A DNA stretch of 20,000 nt from an uncultured virus (IMG/VR IMGVR_UViG_3300021399_000011) (taxonomy: Duplodnaviria > Heunggongvirae > Uroviricota > Caudoviricetes). The DNA is taken from IMG/VR virus record IMGVR_UViG_3300021399_000011, one strand, 5' to 3'. Both the position numbers and the translations under genes were made by a program. How positions within the stretch are numbered: the first letter of the stretch is position 1; each line of letters opens with the position of its first letter. Of the stretch, positions 6,855 through 15,339 are shown in pieces. The notes under the pieces were generated by a model that had not been told where the DNA came from, made no database searches, and was given only the letters and a program-made list of their open reading frames with translations.

Positions 6855-7090
6855 CAACTCAGGAGATGGTTCGTAGCGCAACACGCGCCGTAAAGCCGTG
6901 GGCGAGCTTGGATGCTACGGTTTACGATCTGCGTACCGTCAGCAAGTCCGACGTGTTCACCGACCAGGCAACCATTGAAATCTGTCTGAACTGTCCTCGC
7001 ACCGAGTGCTGTAACTGTCTCGACGGGTGGAAATCCATATCGGCCATACGGCCACACAAGAAGAGAGGTGGCCACCGTGCTAAAGTATGA
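6851..7090 (+). CDS. Small Cys-cluster hypothetical protein (paralog of the upstream gene)
   Basis: ATG at 6851 (ATGA overlap): AVKPW...IEICLNCPRTECCNC. Confidence 0.65.
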   Translation: MTTQEMVRSATRAVKPWASLDATVYDLRTVSKSDVFTDQATIEICLNCPRTECCNCLDGWKSISAIRPHKKRGGHRAKV

Positions 7091-7709
7091 CCACTTTGAT
7101 ACCCGTGAAGACTGGCTTGCCCACCGCAATGACCACATCGGAGCGTCCGAAGCCGGGGCGATCCTCGGCGTAGGCTTCCAGAGCAAAATCGACCTCTGGA
7201 AGATAAAGACCGGGCGCATGACTCCCAAGGATCTGTCCGGCAACGAGGCCGTAGCCTACGGCAACCGAGCCGAAGATGCCCTGCGTAGGCTCTTCATGGC
7301 GAAGCACCCGGAACTGACGCTCACCTATCGTCCCTTCGACTTTGTATACCAGTCGGAGCGGCCTTGGCTGAAAGCCACTCTGGACGGTGAACTCACTGAC
7401 GAGGACGGAGACCAGGGCATACTGGAAATAAAGTCCTCAACGTGTCTAAGCCGAGCTGACTGGGCAAAGTGGGACAACCGAGTTCCTGATGGCTATCTGG
7501 CGCAGTTGTCTCATCAGTTTCTCGCCTCAAGGTTCAAATTCGCCTATCTTCAGGCGGAACTGATAGGAAAGTCGGAGTCGGTCATACGCGAGTATCTGTT
7601 TCTCCGCGATGACATGGCCGACAACATGGCGTATCTGCTCAAAGAAGAAGAAGGTTTCTGGCGGTGCGTGGAAACCGACACGATCCCATCCGTGCCGCTC
7701 AGAATATGA
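7077..7709 (+). CDS. YqaJ-like (lambda-exonuclease family) recombination nuclease
   Basis: W...R...IGASEAGAILG, YGNRAE, ATLDG, LEIK, Y.AQ motifs; GTG start after GAGGTG. Confidence 0.92.
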   Translation: MLKYDHFDTREDWLAHRNDHIGASEAGAILGVGFQSKIDLWKIKTGRMTPKDLSGNEAVAYGNRAEDALRRLFMAKHPELTLTYRPFDFVYQSERPWLKATLDGELTDEDGDQGILEIKSSTCLSRADWAKWDNRVPDGYLAQLSHQFLASRFKFAYLQAELIGKSESVIREYLFLRDDMADNMAYLLKEEEGFWRCVETDTIPSVPLRI

Positions 7710-7721
7710 AAGGAGACCATA

Positions 7722-7958
7722 TTGGAGATAGAAGAGTTTGATGGAACGGTAATCGAACTCACGGACGAACAGGTGGAGAACATGCTCCGCCGCTTCTCCC
7801 CCGTCGATACCTGCCGATTCCATTTGGAAAAAGGCGGCGTCCAGTGTGACGCCAAAACACGAAAGCCCGGTCAGTGTGAACAGTGCGGTTGGAATCCGCA
7901 GGTGTCCCGCCGCCGCATATACCGAATGAAGAGCATCTGGAAGGAGTTGGGACTTTGA
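7722..7958 (+). CDS. Hypothetical Cys-containing protein
   Basis: C...C...CEQCGWNP; AAGGAG RBS. Confidence 0.65.
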   Translation: MEIEEFDGTVIELTDEQVENMLRRFSPVDTCRFHLEKGGVQCDAKTRKPGQCEQCGWNPQVSRRRIYRMKSIWKELGL

Positions 7959-8845
7959 GCGAGATGCAGTTTCAGGTCACTACCGACCTCACCCCAGTAG
8001 CAAACACACAGATTGAGACCAACTTTGAGGCAGTCAAAGCATGGCTCACCGAAGAGCTTGCCCCCTACGCGAGTATGGTTGTCACGCCGGAAGCCATCGG
8101 AGATGCAAAGCGCACTCGCGCCAATATTCGGAAGGTCAAGGACTCCATTGAGAGTCAGCGCAAGGCTATCAAGAAGCTCTGGAACAAGCCGTATGAGGAA
8201 TACGAGGCCAAGTGTAAAGAGCTGACCGGCATAGTTGACAATGCGGTTACGAATATTGATGGTCAGATCAAGGAAATGGAGACCGCCGAGAAGATGGCAA
8301 AGCGCGACCGGTTGGAGGCTCTGTTCTCCGAGCAGTCTGCCGATGTTGCCGAGTACATCCGCTTCGAGGACATCTTTGACAGCAAATGGCTCAACGCCAC
8401 CTTCGCCGAAACCGACGCTGCCAACGCCATCGTAGCCAAAATCGAAGAGACGCGGGACGGACTTGACGCCATCCGTGGGATGGAGAGTCCTTACGAAGCG
8501 GCCATGCTCTCCGAGTTCGCCAAGAGCCACAGTCTCGCCAAGGCTATGGCAGAGGGAAAACGTCTGGAATCCATCCAGAAAGCCGAGGAAGAGCTCAGGA
8601 GACGAGAAGAGGAAGCCAAGGCGGTTGCTCCCGCCGAACCCGAAGAGCCGACAGAGAGCGTCGTGGAAGATCCCACTCCCACGCCGTCTGCGCAGTTCAT
8701 CCGCCCCGTCGCAGTCGATGAACCCACCGAGAAGCTCTACGACTACCAGTTTTCCATGTACAACATGACCAAGGCACAGATGTATGCGCTCAAACAGTGC
8801 CTTGATGTCAACGGCATCGAATATAAAGCGAAAAGAATTTTATAA
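7955..8845 (+). CDS. DUF1351-like coiled-coil protein of phage recombination modules
   Basis: NFE.VK..L...L..Y...VVT......AK..RA.IRK....I...RKAIKK.WNKPY..YE pattern; sits between the exonuclease and Bet. Confidence 0.8.
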   Translation: MSEMQFQVTTDLTPVANTQIETNFEAVKAWLTEELAPYASMVVTPEAIGDAKRTRANIRKVKDSIESQRKAIKKLWNKPYEEYEAKCKELTGIVDNAVTNIDGQIKEMETAEKMAKRDRLEALFSEQSADVAEYIRFEDIFDSKWLNATFAETDAANAIVAKIEETRDGLDAIRGMESPYEAAMLSEFAKSHSLAKAMAEGKRLESIQKAEEELRRREEEAKAVAPAEPEEPTESVVEDPTPTPSAQFIRPVAVDEPTEKLYDYQFSMYNMTKAQMYALKQCLDVNGIEYKAKRIL

Positions 8846-8856
8846 GGAGGTCATAT

Positions 8857-9621
8857 ATGAAAGCAGCATCTACTGCGGCGCGTCCCGCCGCTACCAAGCA
8901 GAGCCTTACCCCGACCCAGAAGAGGGACGATAAGGTCATCACCTACAACGACATGAACGGAAACAAGGTTGACTTGTCCATTGGCACCATCAAACAGTAT
9001 ATCTGCCCAGGAACGAGCATCACTGACGCGGAAGCGTATATGTTCCTGACGCTGTGCCAGTTCAACGGTCTCAACCCGTTCCTCCGGGACGCCTACTGCG
9101 TCAAGTACAGCAACAACCCCGCCACCATGATCGTTGCCAAGAGCGCCCTTCTGAAACGCGCCCAGAAAAACCCCAAATACAAGGGCATCAAGAGCGGTGT
9201 CGTTGTAATCAACAGAAGCGGAGAAATCGAATACCGCAAGGGCGGTCTGCTTCTGGACGATGAATCTCTTGTCGGTGCATGGGCCGATGTTTCGGTGGAC
9301 GGCTATATTGATCCGATTAGCGCCGTGGTGAACTTCCGGGAATACTGCCAGTACAAAGATGGAAAGCCCTCTGGCAACTGGCAGAGCAAGCCCGCCACCA
9401 TGCTGATTAAGGTGGCAGAGGCACACGCTCTTCGTGAGGCGTTTCCGCAGGATCTCGGCGGTTTGTACAATGCGGAAGAAATGGGCTACGAGGAAGTCGA
9501 GACAACCAGCGCCCCCATCGCTTCCCCCACGAAAGAGTACCAGGATGTGGCCTACACCGACATGAATACCGGCGAGGTCATTGAGCCTGATGATGAGCCG
9601 AACTTCTTCGATGAGGGCTGA
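8857..9621 (+). CDS. bet: Phage single-strand annealing protein Bet/RecT
   Basis: FL.LC...GLNPF..DAY.VKY, W...PATMLIKVAEAHALREAFP, LGGLY..EEM motifs. Confidence 0.92.
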   Translation: MKAASTAARPAATKQSLTPTQKRDDKVITYNDMNGNKVDLSIGTIKQYICPGTSITDAEAYMFLTLCQFNGLNPFLRDAYCVKYSNNPATMIVAKSALLKRAQKNPKYKGIKSGVVVINRSGEIEYRKGGLLLDDESLVGAWADVSVDGYIDPISAVVNFREYCQYKDGKPSGNWQSKPATMLIKVAEAHALREAFPQDLGGLYNAEEMGYEEVETTSAPIASPTKEYQDVAYTDMNTGEVIEPDDEPNFFDEG

Positions 9622-9623
9622 CC

Positions 9624-10175
9624 ATGGGCTACGCCAAACAAGGTAATAACCTGGTCATCTGGGGTCGCGCCACACGCGACGCGACCCTGATCGAGACCAA
9701 GAGCGGTAAGTGGGTTTCCGGCTTTGCCGTGAAGTATGACTACCGCCACAACACGGACGGCGATACCGTGATCGACTACATGGAAGTATCCGTGTGGGGG
9801 AATCTCGCCAAAACTGTCGGCGATGCGAATATCGGCGTCGGCAAGGGCGATATGGTCTTGGTGGCCGGACAACTCATCCAAGACACCTTCTACAAGAAGG
9901 GCGAGGATCGCAGTCAGCCGAAGTACAAGCTCAATGCTGAACTCGTCCTCGACCAGACCTCTATCAACCAGCTCATGGAGATGGTCGTAGGTACGGCGGA
10001 GACGGAAGAGCCGGAGCCGGAACCCGAACCGGCACCAAAGAAGAAACCCATCACGGCCACAGACCAACCCATCTTTGAGGATGTGGATGACGAGTACGAC
10101 CCGTTCTCTGATGCTTCACCGGCAGAACCGTTCATCTCCAAAGAAGACGAAGAAGCCTACGATTTACCGTACTGA
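9624..10175 (+). CDS. ssb: Single-stranded DNA-binding protein
   Basis: N.LVIWGRATRD, V.VWG.LA, KGDMVLV.G.L OB-fold motifs; acidic tail ending DLPY. Confidence 0.9.
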   Translation: MGYAKQGNNLVIWGRATRDATLIETKSGKWVSGFAVKYDYRHNTDGDTVIDYMEVSVWGNLAKTVGDANIGVGKGDMVLVAGQLIQDTFYKKGEDRSQPKYKLNAELVLDQTSINQLMEMVVGTAETEEPEPEPEPAPKKKPITATDQPIFEDVDDEYDPFSDASPAEPFISKEDEEAYDLPY

Positions 10176-10225
10176 CAAGGGGGAGCACACCGCTCCCCCA
10201 CCCACCTTGATAAAACGAGGTATAT

Positions 10226-11005
10226 ATGCCGAACAGAGTTATCAAAGAAACCATAAGAACGAGCAGAAGCGTGAATGCTCTTTCGGACTTTGAGTTTCGG
10301 CTGTGGCTGTATCTGATTACCTATGTGGACGATTACGGAAGAGGAAGCGCAGACCCAGAACTCTTGCGCGGACTCGTATTCCCCCGGAGAAAGGGCGTAA
10401 CAGAGAAGCAGATTCAGGCGGCGCTTGACAGTTTAGCGAATACTGGCATGGTGATTCTCTATAAGTATGACGATGAACCGTTCTTTTATTTTCCGAACTG
10501 GGGCAAGCACCAACGAATCCAGACAAAGCATTCAAAGTTCCCCGATCCCGATGAGGGAAACAGAATCGAACCGTCCACGGTGAGTCACGGTGAGCCACCG
10601 CTTGAATCCAATCCAATCCAAATAGAATCGAGAATAGAAGATAGCACGGAGCCGCAAGCGCCGTCCGTGCTGACGCTCACGCTGAATGATGGGAGCGAGT
10701 ATCCCATTACGCAGGAGAATATAGACGAGTGGCAGACCGCTTTTCCCAATGTGGATGTTGTCCAACAGCTTCACGCGATGAAACTGTGGTGCAAGGACAA
10801 CCCTAAGAAGCGGAAAACGAAGACAGGAGTCCGGCGATTTGTCACAAGCTGGCTTGATAGGGAACAAAACCGAGGTGGCTACAAGCCAAATGTTCCCCAA
10901 CAGATGAAGCCCGCGTCTTCTCCCCCACCTGATGCCTCTACCTACAGGCGCGAGCCTACTGAGGCTGAGATGAGGAAGCTGCGCAAAGAGATGGGGTACG
11001 AATGA
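10226..11005 (+). CDS. Phage replication initiator / replisome organizer
   Basis: MPNRVIKE...LWLYLITYVDDYGRG...NWGKHQRI N-terminal domain and a C-terminal KRKTKTGVRRFVTSWLDREQN domain; directly upstream of the helicase. Confidence 0.8.
   Translation: MPNRVIKETIRTSRSVNALSDFEFRLWLYLITYVDDYGRGSADPELLRGLVFPRRKGVTEKQIQAALDSLANTGMVILYKYDDEPFFYFPNWGKHQRIQTKHSKFPDPDEGNRIEPSTVSHGEPPLESNPIQIESRIEDSTEPQAPSVLTLTLNDGSEYPITQENIDEWQTAFPNVDVVQQLHAMKLWCKDNPKKRKTKTGVRRFVTSWLDREQNRGGYKPNVPQQMKPASSPPPDASTYRREPTEAEMRKLRKEMGYE
10562..10645 (+). repeat. Iteron-like repeats in the initiator linker (putative replication origin)
   Basis: CACGGTGAG twice (10576, 10586), AATCC three times in tandem, several GAAT(C/A)G copies in the inter-domain linker. 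Confidence 0.5.
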
Positions 11006-12357
11006 GCAACGAGATAGATGTCTTCAACCCGGATGCGTGGGTACTGGCGGAAGAATCCGTAGCCGGATGCATTCTCTGCGCCCCACAGGAAACGCTGCCA
11101 CTTATACGCCAGATTGTTTCCGCAAGCGACTTCGCTACTGATCCGGCACGAAGCGTATTCAGAGCGGCCTGCTCTCTCGAAGACGAGCACAAGCCAATCG
11201 ACCCAACCACGATACTCTCCCAGGCGGAGAAAGAGGAACTGCCTCTTTCCTCCGATTGGGTCAAACAGACGATGCAGGCGTATCTGACCACAGCAAACGT
11301 GGAATACAACGCTTCCATCATCCGAGAGTGTGCCGTAAACCGCAAGGCGAAAGATATCGGCTGGGCGCTTGAGCAAGGCGAAATCGAAGCGCAACACGCC
11401 ATAGAACAGCTACAGGATGCGCTTTCAACCAAACCGTCTGTTCTGTCCACGCCCGTTGAGGACGCCAAGCAGTTCTACAACTACCTGAACGAAGTATCAT
11501 CAGGCGAGGTAAAGCCTTTCGTATCCACCGGCTACCAGAACCTTGATGAGATCCTTGGCGGCGGTCTTATCAGCGAGGGTCTTATCACGATAGCGGGACG
11601 CCCCGGACAGGGGAAAACGGTAGCCGGACTGTGCATCGCGGAAAACGTAGCCGCTGCCGGTGGCCGTGTTCTCTACGAGAGCCTGGAAATGAGCAAAGAA
11701 CAGCTTTGGGCCAGACGAGTGGCGAGAGCAACGGGAATCGCATACAAGAAACTGCTCAATGGTAAGTTTGACGTGGACAGTGAGCGTGACTGGAAAGCCA
11801 TCGCCAAAGCGACAAGCGATTTGTCAAAGAGAAGCCTGTTCATCAACAGCACCAACGCCAAACTCTCCGACATTGAGCGCCATGTACGGCAGTCAGGCAA
11901 GCTTGACCTAATCGTGATTGACCATCTGGGGCTTATCATCCCGGACAAGGTGACAGACAGCTTATATCTGCCCACCACGATGGCGTGTCATGCTCTCAAG
12001 CGCCTCGCCAAGTCCACGGGAACGCCCGTGCTGATGCTTTGCCAACTCAACCGTGCGAACACGCAGAGGCAGGATAAACGTGGCACTCTGGCCGATCTGC
12101 GCAACTCTGGCGCTATCGAAGAAGACTCCGATGCTGTCATCTTCATCCACCGCGATGCCTACTACCTTCCCCCGGAAGAACAGCCGAAGCCGTGGGAACC
12201 GCAGGTGATGGAGATGAATGTGGCTAAAAACCGCCACGGAGAGACCGGAGCGGTCTACATGGACTTTGTTGGTATGCTTGCGAACATACGGGCAAAAGAT
12301 GAATACAACAGAGGGTTTAATCAGACGAACGAATCTACGCCTTGGGAGGGGCGGTAA
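11002..12357 (+). CDS. dnaB: DnaB-family replicative helicase
   Basis: Walker A GRPGQGKT, SLEMS, IVIDHL, CQLNR, DLRNSGAIEEDSD, VAKNRHGETG. Confidence 0.95.
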   Translation: MSNEIDVFNPDAWVLAEESVAGCILCAPQETLPLIRQIVSASDFATDPARSVFRAACSLEDEHKPIDPTTILSQAEKEELPLSSDWVKQTMQAYLTTANVEYNASIIRECAVNRKAKDIGWALEQGEIEAQHAIEQLQDALSTKPSVLSTPVEDAKQFYNYLNEVSSGEVKPFVSTGYQNLDEILGGGLISEGLITIAGRPGQGKTVAGLCIAENVAAAGGRVLYESLEMSKEQLWARRVARATGIAYKKLLNGKFDVDSERDWKAIAKATSDLSKRSLFINSTNAKLSDIERHVRQSGKLDLIVIDHLGLIIPDKVTDSLYLPTTMACHALKRLAKSTGTPVLMLCQLNRANTQRQDKRGTLADLRNSGAIEEDSDAVIFIHRDAYYLPPEEQPKPWEPQVMEMNVAKNRHGETGAVYMDFVGMLANIRAKDEYNRGFNQTNESTPWEGR

Positions 12358-12360
12358 TCA

Positions 12361-12450
12361 ATGGTAGCTACTTGGGCATCTTTTTGGGGCGTTATGATCG
12401 CCATATTTGGAGTCGTGCTTTGGCACGAATGGAGTAAAGACCATGAGTAA
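12361..12450 (+). CDS. Very small single-pass membrane protein (29 aa), not in the ORF track
   Basis: MVATWASFWGVMIAIFGVVLWHEWSKDHE*; GGAGG RBS; fills the gap between the helicase and the next gene. Confidence 0.5.
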   Translation: MVATWASFWGVMIAIFGVVLWHEWSKDHE

Positions 12451-12670
12451 GGCCACGCAGACGCAGAAGGTCTTGGAGTACATCAAGACCAACGGAAGCA
12501 TCGACCCGTGGAGAGCCATGAACGACCTGCGCATCATGAGACTTGGTGCGAGGATCTTCGACCTCAAGGCCGATGGAATCCCCATCATCACCGAGATCAA
12601 AACCAATACAACGGCCAACGGTGAACACACCAAATGGGCCGAGTACAGGTTGGAAGAGAACGCGCCGTGA
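12443..12670 (+). CDS. Small winged-HTH protein (HTH_39-like)
   Basis: TQTQKVLEYI...GSI....AM..L.IMRLGARIFDLK..G..I.T...A.Y.L. Confidence 0.8.
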   Translation: MSKATQTQKVLEYIKTNGSIDPWRAMNDLRIMRLGARIFDLKADGIPIITEIKTNTTANGEHTKWAEYRLEENAP

Positions 12671-12672
12671 GC

Positions 12673-13170
12673 ATGAATTTCTCCAGCCCGGAAGATATGC
12701 CGCCAGGAATGCGCAAACTGTACGAACAGCAGATCGCGCAGAAAGCACGGCAGACGGAGGCACAAAAGCGGCTTGCGGAATTGACGCAGGCCGCAGAGGG
12801 CAAGCCAAGGCAGAGCAAATATAACGCGAAGCCCACGGACAGGACGCTCCCAGACGGGACTATCATCAAATTCGACAGCAAAAAGGAAGCCGCCTATTAC
12901 GACCAACTCAAAGCCCTTGAGATGGCGGGAGTAGTCAAGGACATTCGGCTTCAGGTTCAGTTCCTTTTAAAGCCAGCCTATACAGACGGTTCTACGGGAG
13001 AGAGATACCGCGCCATCAACTATCTGGCCGACTTCACGTTCTACCGACTGGATGACGGCGAGTGGAAATACCACATCGTTGACACAAAGAGCCGTGGGAC
13101 GAAGACAAAGGAATACAGACTGAAACTAAAAATCATGGCCGACATGGGCCACTACATCGAGGAAGTGTGA
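12673..13170 (+). CDS. DUF1064-like PD-(D/E)XK nuclease-fold protein
   Basis: SKYNAK.T...DG..FDSKKEA.YY..L...LQVQF.L...Y.ADF.Y...VD.K...T..Y.LK.K. Confidence 0.85.
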   Translation: MNFSSPEDMPPGMRKLYEQQIAQKARQTEAQKRLAELTQAAEGKPRQSKYNAKPTDRTLPDGTIIKFDSKKEAAYYDQLKALEMAGVVKDIRLQVQFLLKPAYTDGSTGERYRAINYLADFTFYRLDDGEWKYHIVDTKSRGTKTKEYRLKLKIMADMGHYIEEV

Positions 13171-13586
13171 AAATGAAGATTATGCTTGACCCAGGCGCGT
13201 TCGCCCCAACTCGCGCCCACCCAACAGATGCCGGTCTCGACCTTAGAACAAAAGAGCGCATTAAGCTCTGGCCGGGGATGTCCGCCTGTATCGATACCGG
13301 CGTTCACATGGAACTGCCTCATGGCTACTATGGGAAAATCGAGAGCAAATCCGGCCTGAATGTAAATAACGACATCGTGAGCTGCGGCGGAACGATTGAC
13401 GAACCCTACCGGGGAAGCATCGTTGTCAAGCTATACAACTTCGGCTCCAAGGCGTATGTCTTCGAGCCGGGAGACAAGGTAGCGCAAATCGTGATTCAGC
13501 CATATATAGCGCCGGAACTTGAAATTGTAGATGCTCTTTCCGAAACAGACAGAGGGTCTGATGGATTCGGAAGCAGTGGAAGATAA
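13167..13586 (+). CDS. dut: Trimeric dUTPase
   Basis: DAGLDL, SKSGL, GTIDEPYRG, GDKVAQ, RGSDGFGSSG (motifs I-V). Confidence 0.95.
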   Translation: MKMKIMLDPGAFAPTRAHPTDAGLDLRTKERIKLWPGMSACIDTGVHMELPHGYYGKIESKSGLNVNNDIVSCGGTIDEPYRGSIVVKLYNFGSKAYVFEPGDKVAQIVIQPYIAPELEIVDALSETDRGSDGFGSSGR

Positions 13587-13604
13587 TAAAAAGGAGATAG
13601 AAAG

Positions 13605-13970
13605 ATGAAGAAGACGCAGCTCTGGACAGTCCTGTTCGCATTCCTGTTTGGTCAGCTCATTCAGCTTGTGACCAACGCAATGGCACATTACCTTTATGTC
13701 AGCGATCCCGTGACAATGTGCATCACCGTCGGAATCGTGACGGTCGCACTCGTGGTATTGACGGCAGTCTTCACGCTTATGCCACCGCAGGAAGATTATG
13801 ATCCAGCACATACACGTCGGCAAAAAAACGATAAAATTGCCGATATTATACCGCCCATCTTCATGGAAAAGCGAGCACCGCTCGACACAGACCCCATTGA
13901 CATCGATGAGGAAGACGAGAACACCCGAAAGGAGAACCGCCATGTGGCCGATGCACGGAAAGCACACTAA
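13605..13970 (+). CDS. Two-TM membrane protein with charged tail
   Basis: Two hydrophobic segments (LWTVLFAFLFGQLIQLV; MCITVGIVTVALVVLTAVFTLM); AAGGAG RBS. Confidence 0.7.
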   Translation: MKKTQLWTVLFAFLFGQLIQLVTNAMAHYLYVSDPVTMCITVGIVTVALVVLTAVFTLMPPQEDYDPAHTRRQKNDKIADIIPPIFMEKRAPLDTDPIDIDEEDENTRKENRHVADARKAH

Positions 13971-14118
13971 GGGACATACCGAAAAGCCCCGGAACAGGAT
14001 TCGCACGGGGAACTATCCCGTCATACGCAGGGAGCACGATGAAGTGATGGAGATCCTGCGCCCCAGCGACACGTTTCTCGACGAAATCATCGCCGAAGTG
14101 AAGTCGTGGGATGACTGA
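13942..14118 (+). CDS. Small hypothetical protein
   Basis: ATG at 13942 with AAGGAG RBS; ends just before a terminator. Confidence 0.55.
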   Translation: MWPMHGKHTKGHTEKPRNRIRTGNYPVIRREHDEVMEILRPSDTFLDEIIAEVKSWDD

Positions 14119-14135
14119 AACCGCCTAAAAGCACC

Positions 14136-14165
14136 AGAGCGCCGAAAAAAACGGCGCTCTTTTTA
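14136..14165 (+). terminator. Intrinsic terminator ending the early/replication operon
   Basis: AGAGCGCCG-aaaaaaa-CGGCGCTCT followed by TTTT. Confidence 0.85.
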
Positions 14166-14184
14166 ATATTTCCGATAAATCCCC

Positions 14185-14241
14185 TTGACAAACACAAGAT
14201 ATTGTGGTAGATAGCAAAGATGGAACACAAGATATTGTGGT
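14185..14241 (+). promoter_or_regulatory. Promoter of the packaging operon with two NrdR-box-like operators
   Basis: TTGACA at 14185 (the -10 is imperfect, TGTGGTAGAT). Exact 18-bp direct repeat AACACAAGATATTGTGGT at 14191 and 14224, containing the palindrome CACAA-gata-TTGTG. Confidence 0.7.
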
Positions 14242-14265
14242 TTATTCAGCGAGAAAGGATTCTTA

Positions 14266-15339
14266 ATGGACGAGCAGAGAGCCAAAAGACGTTTATGCTG
14301 GCACTGCCGCCGGGAGCTTACCGACAAGAACAGTTGGAATCCTACGGACGGCTTTGACCGTGGTGCGCCGACATTCTACTGTACGAGCTGCCAGAACCAG
14401 TATTTCCTCCAGTTGGCCAAAATCGTCGGAACCGATCTCGCTTATTTTTATTGTTGCATCAAGTTCGATGTTCCGTACTTCCCAGAGAGCATAAAGGAGT
14501 CCTACAAGTTCCGCATGGAATTTGGGCCGTGGGGCGGATACATCACAGCGCTCCGCGCCGCCAAGTACCACGAAGCGAACAACCACTGGGCTGGATTCGC
14601 CGATGGAAATGTGGACATCAAGAAAGCGTTCACGAGACTGGCTGAGATGGGGGCGGAAAGCTCCATCGAACTGCTTGAGCGCCGCGACCGTGACCAGGAA
14701 GAGAACGAAAACTTCTGGGGCGTGACCTACGGCGAGAACGGCGAAGCCTACACCGAGGCCGACTACGAAGCCCTCAACCGCGTCTGGGATGCAATGACAG
14801 AGGGGCGGAGCGGAATCAGCGCCCAGTCCAAGATGGCGATTCAGGACATAGCCCGATGGACGCTTGAGCGAGACAAGCTCATGGCGGCGAAAGAGTTCGA
14901 TGACGCCAAAAAGGTTGACGCCATGATCGAGAAGCTGAAAGAGTCCGAACAGCTTCGCAAGAAAGACGAACTGCCGCAGGATCGCGTCCGCATAGATGAT
15001 ATCGTAAAGGCCATAGAACGTGCGGGGCTGAACATGATGGACTATGATGAACTGTGCCGACAGCTCGGTTCCTATATGTTCCACACGCCGTATGGTTACA
15101 CACGGGACGCCGCCGACCAGATGCTTCTGCTTATCCGCAATGCGACAGCGTACAATGAGAACGTACCGGAAGTTGACCGTCTGCCGGATGATTTCGCCAT
15201 TGTGGACACGATGGGCGAGTTTGCCTCCGAACCTGATGATGTGGAGAAATCCATTTACAAGGAGCTTGGGCTTGCTCCGCTGCACATGAAGGGTGGTGGA
15301 AGTGATGCCAAGACCAGCAAGGGCAAACAAAGATCGTGA
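14266..15339 (+). CDS. N-terminal Zn-finger protein upstream of the terminase (possible terminase small subunit)
   Basis: CWHC...CTSC and C...DVPY at the N-terminus; overlaps the terminase large subunit start. Function is inferred from position only. Confidence 0.6.
   Translation: MDEQRAKRRLCWHCRRELTDKNSWNPTDGFDRGAPTFYCTSCQNQYFLQLAKIVGTDLAYFYCCIKFDVPYFPESIKESYKFRMEFGPWGGYITALRAAKYHEANNHWAGFADGNVDIKKAFTRLAEMGAESSIELLERRDRDQEENENFWGVTYGENGEAYTEADYEALNRVWDAMTEGRSGISAQSKMAIQDIARWTLERDKLMAAKEFDDAKKVDAMIEKLKESEQLRKKDELPQDRVRIDDIVKAIERAGLNMMDYDELCRQLGSYMFHTPYGYTRDAADQMLLLIRNATAYNENVPEVDRLPDDFAIVDTMGEFASEPDDVEKSIYKELGLAPLHMKGGGSDAKTSKGKQRS

Noticed and set aside
10003..10035. GAGCCG/GAACCG repeats
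   Set aside because: They encode the EPEPEPEP linker of SSB.
13605..13970. Holin
   Set aside because: It has two TM segments but lies in the early operon with no adjacent endolysin, so the evidence is insufficient.
14191..14241. Self-target of array unit 3 (AC,AG,AT,TT,TG,TT) in ACAAGATATTGTGGTT
   Set aside because: The match needs an inconsistent gap (AG-AT contiguous, the others gapped) and the flanking dinucleotides fail. It cannot be told from chance by eye.
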